A DNA stretch of 63,722 nucleotides, the filler included, from Lenisia limosa (lineage: Eukaryota; Protista; Breviatea): NCBI GenBank assembly GCA_001655205.1. It is 11 parts of 11 records of this genome, joined end to end, with 100 filler letters (N's around TTAATTAATTAA, not from the genome) between each part and the next. Parts side by side here need not be neighbours in the genome. Positions count along the whole stretch, not along the records: positions 46,864 to 51,465 come from LPNZ01007582.1; positions 51,566 to 55,613 come from LPNZ01008961.1; positions 55,714 to 61,912 come from LPNZ01007779.1; 8 more parts are not named here. One strand, 5' to 3'. Shown here piece by piece: positions 46,920 to 58,663 of the stretch. How positions within the stretch are numbered: the stretch's first letter is position 1; every line of letters begins with the position of its first letter. Below the pieces are notes generated by a model. That model saw only the letters and a list, made by a program, of their open reading frames with translations, was not told the origin of the DNA and ran no database searches. Made by a program: the position numbers and the translations under genes.

Positions 46920-49900
46920 CCAGGTTGACGAGAGGCTCCGAAACTGACTCGAAGCGTTGCTGCGTCAGGTCCTCGCCCCTCTTGTCGTGCGTAGTCCATG
47001 CCTGGGTGTTAGGAAGGACCAAAACAGCAATAGGAATAGTTATATAGCAATGGGAAACAATCACCCAATCATTTGTGCACACAACTTTCTGCAATAGGAA
47101 TAGGAATAGTTATAATTAGTAGCATTTATAGTATACGTATGGCTTCACTTCGGTTCGAAAAAGACCGGTACAATATCGATAGTTTTCGAGAATTTATCGA
47201 GAATGCAGTCTTTTTTCGAATTGAAGTGAAGCCCTAATCATGTCATATCATAAGAAAGAAGAGGAAAACAAAACAAAACAAAACAAAAAGGGTAGTCAGT
47301 CCATGCTTGAGGGGGGGGGGAGTCAAATTGGAAAACTTTTGAAACAAAAACAACAAAAAAAAAAGAAGCCCAAAATCAACTCTGTGGCTGACAACATAAG
47401 ATGGTTGATAACAACAAACCAAACAAAGCCCAGGCCAGTCGCTTCGTTAGTAATGGTACTAATAAGGTTGAGCTGATCTAAAAAATACCACACAAAACAA
47501 AAAACGGAAAAACTACTCATTTCCCCCAATTCTCCCCTGGTGCCTCGTCTTTCAAATCCAGCTCTAATCCTTGTATTCTTTGTATAGTTCGTTTCCCCTT
47601 CTTCTTTAAATTAATAAACGTTTCTACAAAAAAAAAAAAAATAATAAAAAAAAATATTAAAAAATATTAAAAAAAAAAAAAAAAANNNNNNNNNNNNNNN
47701 NNNNNNNNNNNNNNNNNNNNNNNNNNNNNNNNNNNNNNNNNNNNNNNNNNNNNNNNNNNNNTTGTGACATAGAGCTCATTTCGAGTGGCAATGTCCTCAC
47801 AGTCGTTGGGAATACTGTTCAGCACGAGAGCTAGACGGTCCACTGCTGCCGTAGTGTAGGGAACGAAGACTCGCTGGAGCCGGTGAATAGGAAATATAAT
47901 AAAAAAACAGAGTTTTTTGAGCATTAATAAGAAATTTTTACAAATGATATTGGAAAGAGGGAAGAGGGATTATTTGCCATAGTGTAAGAACGAAGGGTAA
48001 CAACGAGCGGCCGCCCTACCAAACCCATAACGTAAGGAAATGAAACGTCCCCCCAAACCTTAAGGAGAACAAGGAGAGAAGTCATCATCTTGTTGAACGG
48101 AATCATGCGGCATCCTTCCATTGACGAGCAGTCCTGGAGGAGTAAATGGGAAAATGATTGAAAATGGAAAATTTATGAAACAAAAAAACAAAAAAAATAA
48201 AAAAAGTCCAAAATCGATAAACGAAACAATTTTCGATGAAGAATATTGGCGTAGAGAGGGGAGGGGGGTAAAAGAACAACATACAAAGAGGTGCTTCCCT
48301 CACCTCATCGTCTTCAGTGGTTGTGTCTCTCACCACAAACGCCCATTCCTAGTAAGTTAAATTGGGGAATTGCGTTTCAATGGACACATTCCATAGCAGT
48401 TAAAAAGGAAAANNNNNNNNNNNNNNNNNNNNNNNNNNNNNNNNNNNNNNNNNNNNNNNNNNNNNNNNNNNNNNNNNNNNNNNNNNNNNNNNNNNNNNNN
48501 NNNNNNNNNNNNNNNNNNNNNNNNNNNNNNNNNNNNNNNNNNNNNNNNNNNNNNNNNNACATTACATCTGACAACCAATTCCAGGTGTTAATTGACTTGA
48601 AAACCCCAAAACCGCCCACTCTAGCCTTGGCTATAACGGGCTGCAGCATCTTCTCATTGCATCTCATGATCAGCGTTGACACCACTGATGCTGCCGAATC
48701 TTCAATCGCATCTGGGTAGGCCAACCAGCCGCGAGAGCGGATCTCCATACCTGGGAAATCAATAAGGGAAATCGGATTTGTGTTCAGCAAAGATATGAGA
48801 TAAAAAAAATAAAAAAATAATAATGATACTAAAATAATAATAATGATGAATAGAGCAATAAAGGAGTTAAATGCGATTGATTTAAACCAGGACAATATCA
48901 ATTAAAACCCACAGTTGAGGAGCATTTTGAAGAGCTGGCGATGGTAGGTCGTAACAGCAGCTTTCGGCATGCCGTTGATCTACCAAGTGAGTTTTTTCGA
49001 AAAAGGCAAGACCGTCGAATTCACAGTAAAAACGAGGTTGCTTAATATGAATTTGAAGACGTTTTCACGCACTAAATATCAACAACCCCCACCCCCACAC
49101 TTCGGTTCGAAATACCCAGAAAAATATCGATAGTTTTCGAGGATTTATCGAGAAAATCTGTTTTTTTTCGAACTGAAGTAAAGCCCTAATTACATATGTA
49201 TCATATATATACATAGTATATATATTAGAAAAACTACTCCCCATACCATGATAGAGATGAATTCGAGGTGCAGAATGACAGAGGGACTGCCATAGGAAAT
49301 AGCCTTCTTTAAAACGGGGAGAAGTTCGGGGACAATTGAACGGACGCTGACATTCTCTGCTATACGCTCTGGGAAGGGGTGAGGGGGGAAGAGTAAGTAT
49401 TGGTAATTTATGAAGCAAGAAGAAGAAAAAAAAAGAGCCCAAAATCAACTGTTGGTTAACAAACACCAACAAAACAAACAAACAAAAAAAAAAGCCCAGG
49501 CTTGTCGCTTCTGCAGATAGAACCCCCCTCCCCCACTCAGTGAGCGCTCAGCACGCTTGCGCGTAGCACCAACTTCAAGAACCACTAAACTGTCAAAGTT
49601 GAAGATATCACGGATTAGAGTAGGGCTTCAGTCAAAGTAAGTAATCAAAAAAATGTCTAACCGATAGGGCTTCCCTACGGTCCGAAAAAGACCGTTAAAA
49701 TATCGATATTTATCGAGGATTTATCGAGAGATGCTCTCTCTTTTTTGGGACTAGAGGGAAGCCCGACTAATGGATTTCACAACCTTTTAGTTGATATACT
49801 ACGTTCCTTATACCTTCCAAATATGGAATGCCTTTTGCAAAATTATAAAATATTATCACTACTTGAAGCCTGAATGAAAGACCCCCCCACCAGGGTGAAT

Positions 49901-51345
49901 CAAGAGCACCAGAGCTTTCCTCAGATTTTCAGTGATAAACGAGGGGCAGACGGTGACAAGGGCTTCCCACGCGCTGAGCGTTGCGCGTAACAGAATATTG
50001 CGTGAGCTGCGNNNNNNNNNNNNNNNNNNNNNNNNNNNNNNNNNNNNNNNNNNNNNNNNNNNNNNNNNNNNNNNNNNNNNNNNNNNNNNNNNNNNNNNNN
50101 NNNNNNNNNNNNNNNNNNNNNNNNNNNNNNNNNNNNNNNNNNNNNNNNNNNNNNNNNNNNNNNNNNNNNNNNNNNNNNNNNNNNNNNNNNNNNNNNNNNN
50201 NNNNNNCACAACTTCAACACGACAACATTTCAAAGGGTTTTAACTCGAAAAATGCAAGGACGTACCTTTCGTCTTCGATAGTGATAGCGGCCTTGAAGGT
50301 AGAAAGGACGGTTGGGATGATCTATGGAGTAAAGAGGATTTGGGAGCGTATGATATGATATAACTTCTCCCCCCCCCCCCNNNNNNNNNNNNNNNNNNNN
50401 NNNNNNNNNNNNNNNNNNNNNNNNNNNNNNNNNNNNNNNNNNNNNNNNNNNNNNNNNNNNNNNNNNNNNNNNNNNNNNNNNNNNNNNNNNNNNNNNNNNN
50501 NNNNNNNNNNNNNNNTATTACAATATTACACAATACCCACCTGCCGCCGCCGCGACATTTTACAATATCTTACAATACAATCTTACCATGACGGGTTTTT
50601 CAATTTGGATGGATGACCCGAAAATATTCGAAATATGGTTGGATACCTTTAGGTTTTCAACATGTACCCCGCTTTGTTTACACGTAACTGTAGCTAAAAA
50701 TGTTGTGATACAATACCCCCCTCCCCACAGTCGGCATGAAAGTGATAAGAGTGTTCCCGGCCTGTGTCACCAGAGTACCAACGGCAGCCAGGGCGGATGA
50801 CCGGACCAAATCGTTGGTGTGTGACAGGAGAGGGACAAGAGCCTCCACGGCGGGTTCGAATGCAGAGGGCTGAGAAATTAGATTGTATAATAGGATCATA
50901 TGATATGACATATTTTCTTTATAATGTGTGTGTGTGTGATCATATGATATGACATATTTTCTTTATAATGTGTGTGTGTGTGTGTGTGTGTAGATTGGCT
51001 GATATTGGGTATTAATTAGGACAAGGGCTTCACTTCGGTTGGGGAAAATATTGATAGTTTTCGAGGATTTATCGAGATATTCAGTCTTTTTTCGAACCGA
51101 AGTGAAGCCCTAATTAGGTCCCAGAACTAATTTCAAAATTTGAAGTCGGACATATTGTAACGAGAACAATTTTGTCAATAAATTTCCTCAAAAAAATTAA
51201 TTGCACGGAGACTAGTAATAAAAACATCTCAAAATGGCTCAAACCCCAAAAAACCCCACTCGTTCCTGGGCAAAGTTCCTGGCAATTACTTCGAGGGAAA
51301 GCAGAATCGTTTGCTTGTTGGTGGTGGCAGTACTGGGGGATGAGA
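46920..51345 (-). CDS. UTP10: U3 snoRNA-associated protein UTP10/HEATR1, C-terminal part (both ends truncated)
   Basis: HEAT/BP28CT-like exons: LSLEVIARNFAQE; VRSSALAAVGTLVTQAGNTLITFMPT; LRATLSAWEALVTVCPSFITENLRKAL; DAIEDSAASVVSTLIMRCNEKMLQPVI; RLQRVFVPY; HDKRGEDLTQQRFESVSEPLVNL. They are collinear with the HEATR1 C-terminus. Confidence 0.8.
47138..47236. mobile_element. MITE family A copy
   Basis: TATGGCTTCACTTCGGTTCGAAAAAGAC...GTCTTTTTTCGAATTGAAGTGAAGCCCTA. Confidence 0.88.
49369..49536 (-). mobile_element. Repeat family E: 168-nt UTP10 intron made almost entirely of the repeat (Introner-like)
   Basis: Sense strand: GT-G-run..GCAGAAGCGACAAGCCTGGGCTTTT..CCAACAGTTGATTTTGGGC-T-run-GCTTCATAAATTACCAAT..C-run-CAG. 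Homologous blocks at ~1018, 3614, 23533, 25608, 25730, 28790, 42352, 43212, 45924, 47307, 48130 and 58975. Confidence 0.65.
49665..49766. mobile_element. MITE family A, subfamily 2 (TAGGGCTTCCCTACGGTCCG TIR)
   Basis: Variant TIR also seen at 23091, 26927, 27025, 33048 and 51925; flanks CTAACCGA / CTAATGGA match at 6 of 8. Confidence 0.8.
51023..51112. mobile_element. MITE family A copy nested in a family-B element
   Basis: TSD ATTAGGAC (51015-51022) / ATTAGGTC (51113-51120), 7 of 8 identical. Confidence 0.85.
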
Positions 51346-51612
51346 AGGAGAGGTGGGAGGAAAGGAAGGTTGCTGGGTGGAGTAGAACGTTTATGCCAAA
51401 AAAAAGAAAAGCCCAAAGGCTCCCCCCCCCCCCACTTGTCAACAGCCGAAAGAAGTTTCACCAAGNNNNNNNNNNNNNNNNNNNNNNNNNNNNNNNNNNN
51501 NNNNNNNNNTTAATTAATTAANNNNNNNNNNNNNNNNNNNNNNNNNNNNNNNNNNNNNNNNNNNNACTTGTGGATTGTTTTTGGGTTAAGAACCAAAGCT
51601 GACCATTTTCAG

Positions 51613-54543
51613 GTTTACGCTCCAACCCTACATTGGCCTTCCAGGGAAGGAAAAGCTTCTATGTGGTGCACCAATAGTGGGTTTTTCTCATAATTATCAC
51701 TGGGGATTCACTTCGGTTCGGAAAAAGACTGAATTTCTCGATAAATCCTCCAAAACTATCGATATTTTATCGGTTTTTTCAGAACAGAGTGAAACCCTAC
51801 ATACACTCACAAGTATGAACTATCATTTCCAATGATTTGACACCTCAGAAACCCTCAATTAAAGTATCACTCCAAATAGGAACCATTTTGATATTTTTAC
51901 GAATATAATACAGGGGTACCTATTTTGGGACCGTAGAGAAGCCCAAGAGAAATAGGACAAAGTCACCCTACTTACATTAAAGGTTCTGCTTGAGCCGAAG
52001 CCTGAGAGTGTAGACTTCTCTCTGTCGTTCAATATCAAGAACAATGCTACGGGTGTCGATTTCAGAAATTTCATTCAAGGTATTTAATGTTTTTAGTGTT
52101 CTGATTCTTTTGGCGTTGAACAGAGTAATGATTCACCCTGATTATAACTCCCGTATCCGCATATCATCTTCGTACCCCCCCCCCCCATCTTATTCCCATA
52201 TTCCTGAATCTNNNNNNNNNNNNNNNNNNNNNNNNNNNNNNNNNNNNNNNNNNNNNNNNNNNNNNNNNNNNNNNNTTATTTAGATGGGGTGAGTATGACA
52301 ATCGAAGTGGCCCGGTCAATTACAATTGAAGAAGTGGAGAAGACACCCGAGAAGATGGAGAAAGACAAAAGTGACCGACGGTCTAGAGACAAAGATAAGA
52401 AGGAAAAGGAGAAAGAAAAGGAGAAAGAAAAGGAGAAAGAGATTCCGCTCTCTGCTGCCCCTAGTGTTCTCAGTCTGAACCCTAGTGAATGTCCTTCGGA
52501 GGTACGGTTCTCCTTAACATTCTATTCATCACAACATACCCACTTTTTTAATGACACTTTTGTTGAGGTTTTCATTAATTTTATTTCATTTTGCCCTCTA
52601 TTTGTTTTTTGCTTCTATATTTTTGATAAACACGAAAGTGCTGTCAATCAGATGGGGAAAAAAGGTTGTCAACTTCGGAGGTGTTTTTGTTAATGGTAAC
52701 TAATTTTTCTTTTTATTGCTCTTCATATTTTTTAGTTCTCAAAAGTCAGATAAAAGGCTTGAGTCAAGAACTTATCTACATTTTAACCAATTAATATGTA
52801 GTATCAAGCCATATGAAAATGTTATAGTTTATTGTTGACCAAATCCAGCCACAAACGGCACCAAATTCGGCTAGGTCGCAGAAGAAACGGAAAAAGAAGA
52901 CCAAATCCCCGGCCACATCTGCACCAAAGGTGGGTTCGAGGTACCCTTGGCAATATTGATTTATTGGGAAATTCCAACTTTTTCGGGAAGGCCTATTGCT
53001 ATTGTTCATGAGCTTCGGGTCAAATAAAGAGTGAATTCTCAATAAATCCTCGATAAATATCGATATTTTCCTGGTATTTTCTTGGACCTGAGCGAAGCTC
53101 TCATGTTGAGTGTCACGTGCTTAGGTTGAGGAGAAGAAAAAGAAGAAGTCTGAAGTGTCAAGGCCGGTCTCTCCAAAACCTCAAGAGGAAGAGGAGGAGA
53201 TTACTCATGAAGGTTTGCTTAGGGGATTAAATATTAGTGCCGCCACCAAATATTCATATGTAATATGTTATATTTATAGTATCAAAGAAATGGAACAAGG
53301 TTGTTTCTGTCTGGCCAACCTACATATCATACTATACATAGTATATATTTTTTACCCCCACAATACACATAAACTGTTAATTTTCCTCGAGAACCCTCTA
53401 CGAGACGTAAATGAAATACTGTTGATTTTCCATTAGAACCACTCCCGGACCTTCCGCGAGACGAGACGTTTGTCATTGGAGTGGCCCGTTTGAATACTCT
53501 CCAACTACTGGAGGGGGAGGTGAGAAAAGGATTATGGCGTAATAGCTAGAAATTCACTTCGGTTTTAAAAAAGACTGAATTTCTCGATAAATCTTCGATA
53601 AATATCGATATTTTTTCAGTCTTTTTCTAATCGAAGTGAGCCCTAGTAATAGCCAAGAATATCCAGGACCCCGTGAAATTAATTGAGAAATTAATTGGGA
53701 CAAGCCAGAACTCTGTTTAAGACACTTTAGTTTCACATTTTGTCAATTAACTTCCTCAAACAATTATTTGCATTGAGCCCTAAAAATCGAGTAAATATTG
53801 ATCCATGATCAAGCTCCTTTCTCTTACATTGATATTGCGAGCTCATTTCTTAATTCACTTCACTCAGGTGTCTGTCAAGCAAACAGTAGACCTCATTGAC
53901 CCCCTCTCTCCTGGAGCGCTTGGCATCGGACAAAACATTGGATCGTCTATCACGTGAGCCTTGGCGCACAGGTGTACCATGAATATCCCCCCCCCCCCNN
54001 NNNNNNNNNNNNNNNNNNNNNNNNNNNNNNNNNNNNNNNNNNNNNNNNNNNNNNNNNNNNNNNNNNNNNNNNNNNNNNNNNNNNNNNNNNNNNNNNNNNN
54101 NNAACTATAATACTCATTTCTACATCTAATCTAGAAATCATAAATCCTCCATTTTCGATATACATCTTCCCTTTTCGATAAATCCTCTGTAGAAAAGAAT
54201 AAATATTTCACCCCTTGGTCATCATAGTCATTCCTAGGCTCTTATGCATTTCTGGCTGACTCCTAAGGTCCTTGGTTGATGCCAAGATGACTGTTTGCAT
54301 GGAAGCGTCTTGGGCAGCTCTAGCGGTTTGAGGAGAGGGTGATAGAGAGGACTGAATTATTTTCTCTTATCGAAGTACTATTGAGGATTGCTTCAATCAG
54401 ATATTTCTATTTTTTTTGTAGTATTTCTCGTTACATATTTTGTCTAAACAGTGTAGAAGCCAGCTACCCCTCCATCTACCGAGGGGGAAGAAAAGAAAAG
54501 AAAAAAGCGCAAGGAGAAGGAGAAGGAGAAACCTGTTGTATAG
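51613..54543 (+). CDS. Hypothetical Lys/Glu-rich protein (5' truncated)
   Basis: Exons VLLEPKPESVDFSLSFNIKNNAT; ..KDKKEKEKEKEKEKEKEIPL..; PQTAPNSARSQKKRKKKTK; EPLPDLPRDETFVIGVARLNTLQLLEGE|VSVKQTVDLIDPLSPG; terminal KEKEKEKPVV*. Confidence 0.55.
53547..53645. mobile_element. MITE family A (hAT-like) copy with perfect 8-bp TSD
   Basis: Degenerate TAGGGCTTCACTTCGG...CCGAAGTGAAGCCCTA termini flanked by GTAATAGC at 53539-53546 and 53646-53653. Confidence 0.85.
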
Positions 54544-55139
54544 TATGTTTTTGATTTCATAATGTTCCAATATTTATTCTGTTGTTTCTTACCGTAACCC
54601 ACTCGGAGTTTCCTTGGGTTCAAGGAGGGTAAATATCAATATTACTTGGATATATCGTTTTTATGAGGACTGAAACTCCTAAGCCTTTTCAAACTGTCAA
54701 CAAAGCACCTTTATTCCTTTCATACTGTCAACAAAGCACACCTTTATTGACGAATTACCATTTACTTTGCCCAAACCAGACCATAAACTCCACCTGAGAC
54801 AGTCAGAAGAGGATGACAGTGGTACTCGAAAGAAAGGTGACCAAAAAGAATGATTGACAAAGATATTGAGAAAATTATCACGTTTTCATTAGAACAGAAT
54901 ATTATTTTGATCTACCAAAATAATCAAATTCAGAAACAAAAGAATAACTTTCAATAATTCAGAACAAAAAACTGTCCCCATTATTTCACCAGTCCATTCT
55001 GCTCATCATCCCCTTTCATAAGAAACAAAAGAAAATGTTGAAATGAGACATTAGAAGGGAGTAATATCTGGTCTAGTATGGGACCCTCAGAAACAACAAA
55101 AGAGTATTTTGTTGCTCACCTCGAGCCGACCCGTCCTCT

Positions 55140-55595
55140 AAGTCCCTATTATCTACTGCCACTTTCGATGGAACGTCCTACAAATGTAATTATTAACACA
55201 AATAGGTAGAAGAAAGGAAATTTCTGGGAAAACGCAAGTGGATGATTGGGCAAAAACATGTCCACAAAACACAAATTCTACCCCCTTACCACTCCCTCGG
55301 GAATGTGAAGTCCTTTGTCCTTCAATGCGATGAGGTAACCGGAACGACTAGTGTCATCCTGGCACAGATCCAAGGGGGTCTGGGAAAATAAAAATGATGA
55401 AAGAAGAAGATAAAAAACACAATCGTAAAAAAAAGCCCAGAGTTTGGAAGGGGGGAGGGGGACTAGGATAATGACGGAAAAATGGGCACAAGAACTAAGG
55501 GGGTCAGAAACAATGACAAAACTCTGCATCTTTTTCATTATTCAGTCCCCCCCTCTACATCTTCATTATCGCGGGCGCAGAAGTCTGGTAATTTA
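55140..55595 (-). CDS. Ankyrin-repeat protein fragment
   Basis: DFCARDNED|TPLDLCQD is an ankyrin end motif spliced across a GT-AG intron; the gene is cut by the scaffold end. Confidence 0.55.
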
Positions 55596-55861
55596 TTTAT
55601 GGTATCCCCATGTNNNNNNNNNNNNNNNNNNNNNNNNNNNNNNNNNNNNNNNNNNNNTTAATTAATTAANNNNNNNNNNNNNNNNNNNNNNNNNNNNNNN
55701 NNNNNNNNNNNNNATTATTATTATTATTTTTATTTTTATTATTATCTGGGGGATAGTACGCATTCTATGATGAGCATGTCCCACCCGCTTTATTTTGTCC
55801 ATAATGTTAATGTATTATTTGAACTTAACCTTTTTTTATACCGCCGCATTAACCCTGGCAG

Positions 55862-56556
55862 ATCGGCAAGATCTAGTCAAGGCTACCCTTGAGCAGGAAG
55901 TGTCGACCTTGGAACAGAACGTGGATGAGACGACCAGTCTATTTGTCAGCAAAACTCGCGACTTATCCGGCCTGCAGAGAGCACTCAAGGCCGCCGCTTC
56001 TAGTGCGAGGGGTTCGTAGACATTGGTGCGGTAAAAGCTCTAAAGTAGAGCTTTTGCAGTACAATTAATACTCTTTTAATGATCTTACAAAACAACAGTA
56101 TCATACCAATAGTAATGTAATGAGTACAACTACGAGGAGTAACACTGCTTTAACCCTTTTTATGACCACCATATACCATATCCTCTTGACCACATATGGA
56201 AAAGAGCCATTTTAATTCTTCAGCTCTGAAACAAGAAAACGCGAAGCTTGATGCCCTGACCGACGGAGATGAAATTTCAAACCAGCGCCACCGTGTAGCC
56301 TCACTCACAACCGAGCTAAGACGGACCAAGACAAGCCTCCAACAGGCCAATGCGGCCAGAACCGCACTCAGCGCTAAGTTGCAGAAGTATGTGGAGTGCT
56401 TTTCAAAGCACTTTTCACTTCCTGATTCCCATTTTGTACTCAATAACGCACTCGAATCTTCACCCTTAAAGCAAATATACAAACATTTCTGACTATTCCA
56501 GGTTGCAAAAAGAGCTCCAAACAAAGCGTGATGCTCTTCAGAAGCACGAAGCTTGA
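55862..56556 (+). CDS. Coiled-coil protein, C-terminal fragment
   Basis: Three phase-consistent exons: RQDLVKATLEQEVSTLEQ..|LKQENAKL..LTTELRRTKTSLQQANAARTALSAKLQK|LQKELQTKRDALQKHEA*. Confidence 0.7.
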
Positions 56557-56726
56557 TTCAAGCAATTGTACAGTTTTATTTATTATCGGCGTGTAGTGCC
56601 GAGTTTTTTGCTATGGTTCTTTTTGATACAAATCCACGATTCAATTGATGAAAGGGTATCAACTCTATTGATCAACACAAAACAAGCATGGTGAAGGAGT
56701 GAAAAAGAAACCCTGAGTTGAGGGTG

Positions 56727-58174
56727 TTAAACAAGACACTCATCATCTTTATTCGAGAATTCCTGGCCTAGTGTCTCGGAAGAGAATGTGTTGTTGCTAT
56801 AGATGTCCATTGCTGTTGCCACTTCCATACTTCGTTCCGCTGTAGGTGGTCACTGGTGTAACAAACCCAAAAGGAAAGACATGGCGATAAACAAAAAAAC
56901 TATCCCTCCCCCCCACCGATTTGCTTTGCGTTGAGATCGAGAGGGAGAAGAACTTTTGCGGCAGCCAGAGCAAAGTTGCCGCCAGAGCCAGTAGCTGGCG
57001 GGTAAAGGTCAATGTAGTTGACAAAGAGAACGGTGCAAGCACCTTGTTTTAAAATACACCACCTGTTTTTGAGAGAAACAGACCCTACCCATGACGCTGT
57101 CACCTTCGCCATGTTCGATCAGATCGCCATTGCCCATCAGCATCAGTTGTTTGTCCCCATCGGTCACAAGTAATGTGGCCTGCATTATTAAGATTCCCTT
57201 ATTACAAATCATTCAAAAATGACATATTTGAGATATACAATCATTAAATGACAGGCCCTCACTTCAAGTTTGCTTAACATTTTGTTAGTTCTCCACATTT
57301 TTGACATTTCAACACAGGACTTCAGCAGGTTACCTAAGATATCATTCGCACACTCCTGTTGAAAATTAAACTTGTGCCTCTTCCTTCTATACCCGAGAGT
57401 TATGCAAGATTATAAAAAGTTGCATGGGGTGATATAGGGAACAAACCTGGATGTTCGTCCATTTTGCTCTCGAGAGTCTCCAATAAGGTCATTGCATCAG
57501 CTGTTGACCCTGCAAAGCCCACGAGACAGTTTTGCAATCTTCGGACCTGTATTGATATGAGGGGGGGGGGGNNNNNNNNNNNNNNNNNNNNNNNNNNNNN
57601 NNNNNNNNNNNNNNNNNNNNNNNNNNNNNNNNNNNNNNNNNNNNNNNACAACACCGTTATGTTTATTAGGGATAATGATCATTATATTAAAGTAATTCAC
57701 CTTTGACTGTAACAATACAATACGCCCTTCAGGGGATGTTGAGGCAGTTATATATATAGATATATTAAAAAAAAAGCACCAACTTTTTTAATTGAGCTTT
57801 TCATAACAGTTGTACCGAAGGTGGCCTGTCCATCCCCCATCATCACAACTGCAGCTCGTAAGGATCCAATGAGAAGTTGAAAAGAAAATGAACAGAACGC
57901 TCCAAATGATAACTATGGTTAGAGCCACCCCTCGTCAGTAGGCGGAGGCAGATTATGCAAAATCCGCCTTGTTATAATATCAAAATCCGCCTTGTTATCA
58001 TATCAAAATCCGCCTTGTTATCATATCAATCCATCTTCACAAATGACACCCCTTTATCAAACCTTCATTATCCTTCATTACAGAGAGGATTGTGGTGGCC
58101 AGTGGAGTGGATGTCATGAATGGACGCGTCATGGACAGGCCAAATGACCCTGTCAACCGACACATGGCAAGCAT
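56727..58174 (-). CDS. hslV: Mitochondrial HslV (ClpQ) threonine protease subunit, complete
   Basis: Presequence [26 protein letters not shown], then mature [11 protein letters not shown]|[22 protein letters not shown]|[23 protein letters not shown]..|[23 protein letters not shown]|[14 protein letters not shown]|[16 protein letters not shown]|[16 protein letters not shown]. Thr1, Asp17 and Lys33 count correctly. Confidence 0.95.
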
Positions 58175-58663
58175 CGTTGACGCCAGGGGAATAAACTTGT
58201 TTCTATTTATACCCCTAGTTGATGGTTACAAGCTGGGGGTGGAAGTGATTCTGTTTAGTGGTAACTGAGTGTGATGAGACAGGCAATCAGCCTGGTCGTA
58301 ACCATATTTCATTACCTTTTACATTTGTTGCATTTGCCAAGCGTTTGTTGGTATTGTCATTTTGTTTTCTGTTCAAGCGCTAATCTCGTTCCAGCTCGAC
58401 ACCAGCGTTCTTTTCTTTTCTTCTCCACTTTCTACTCTCCCTACAACCAGCTTATTTTGCCATCCTACAAGACTACACCAGTATACCAACACCTGAACAC
58501 CTAAACGTAGAAGGTCTTTCTGTTAAACAATTTGCTGTATACGCCTCCTATTCTCTCTCCCCCCCCCCCCTTTCCTGCNNNNNNNNNNNNNNNNNNNNNN
58601 NNNNNNNNNNNNNNNNNNNNNNNNNNNNNNNNNNNNNNNNNNNNNNNNNNNNNNNNNNNNTCA

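Noticed and set aside
50895-50990. Direct 45-bp duplication next to a (TG)n tract as a functional element
   Set aside because: Exact duplication beside a microsatellite is most simply slippage or an assembly artefact.
56727-58174. Bacterial contaminant or endosymbiont origin of hslV
   Set aside because: The gene has six GT-AG introns and a eukaryotic targeting presequence.
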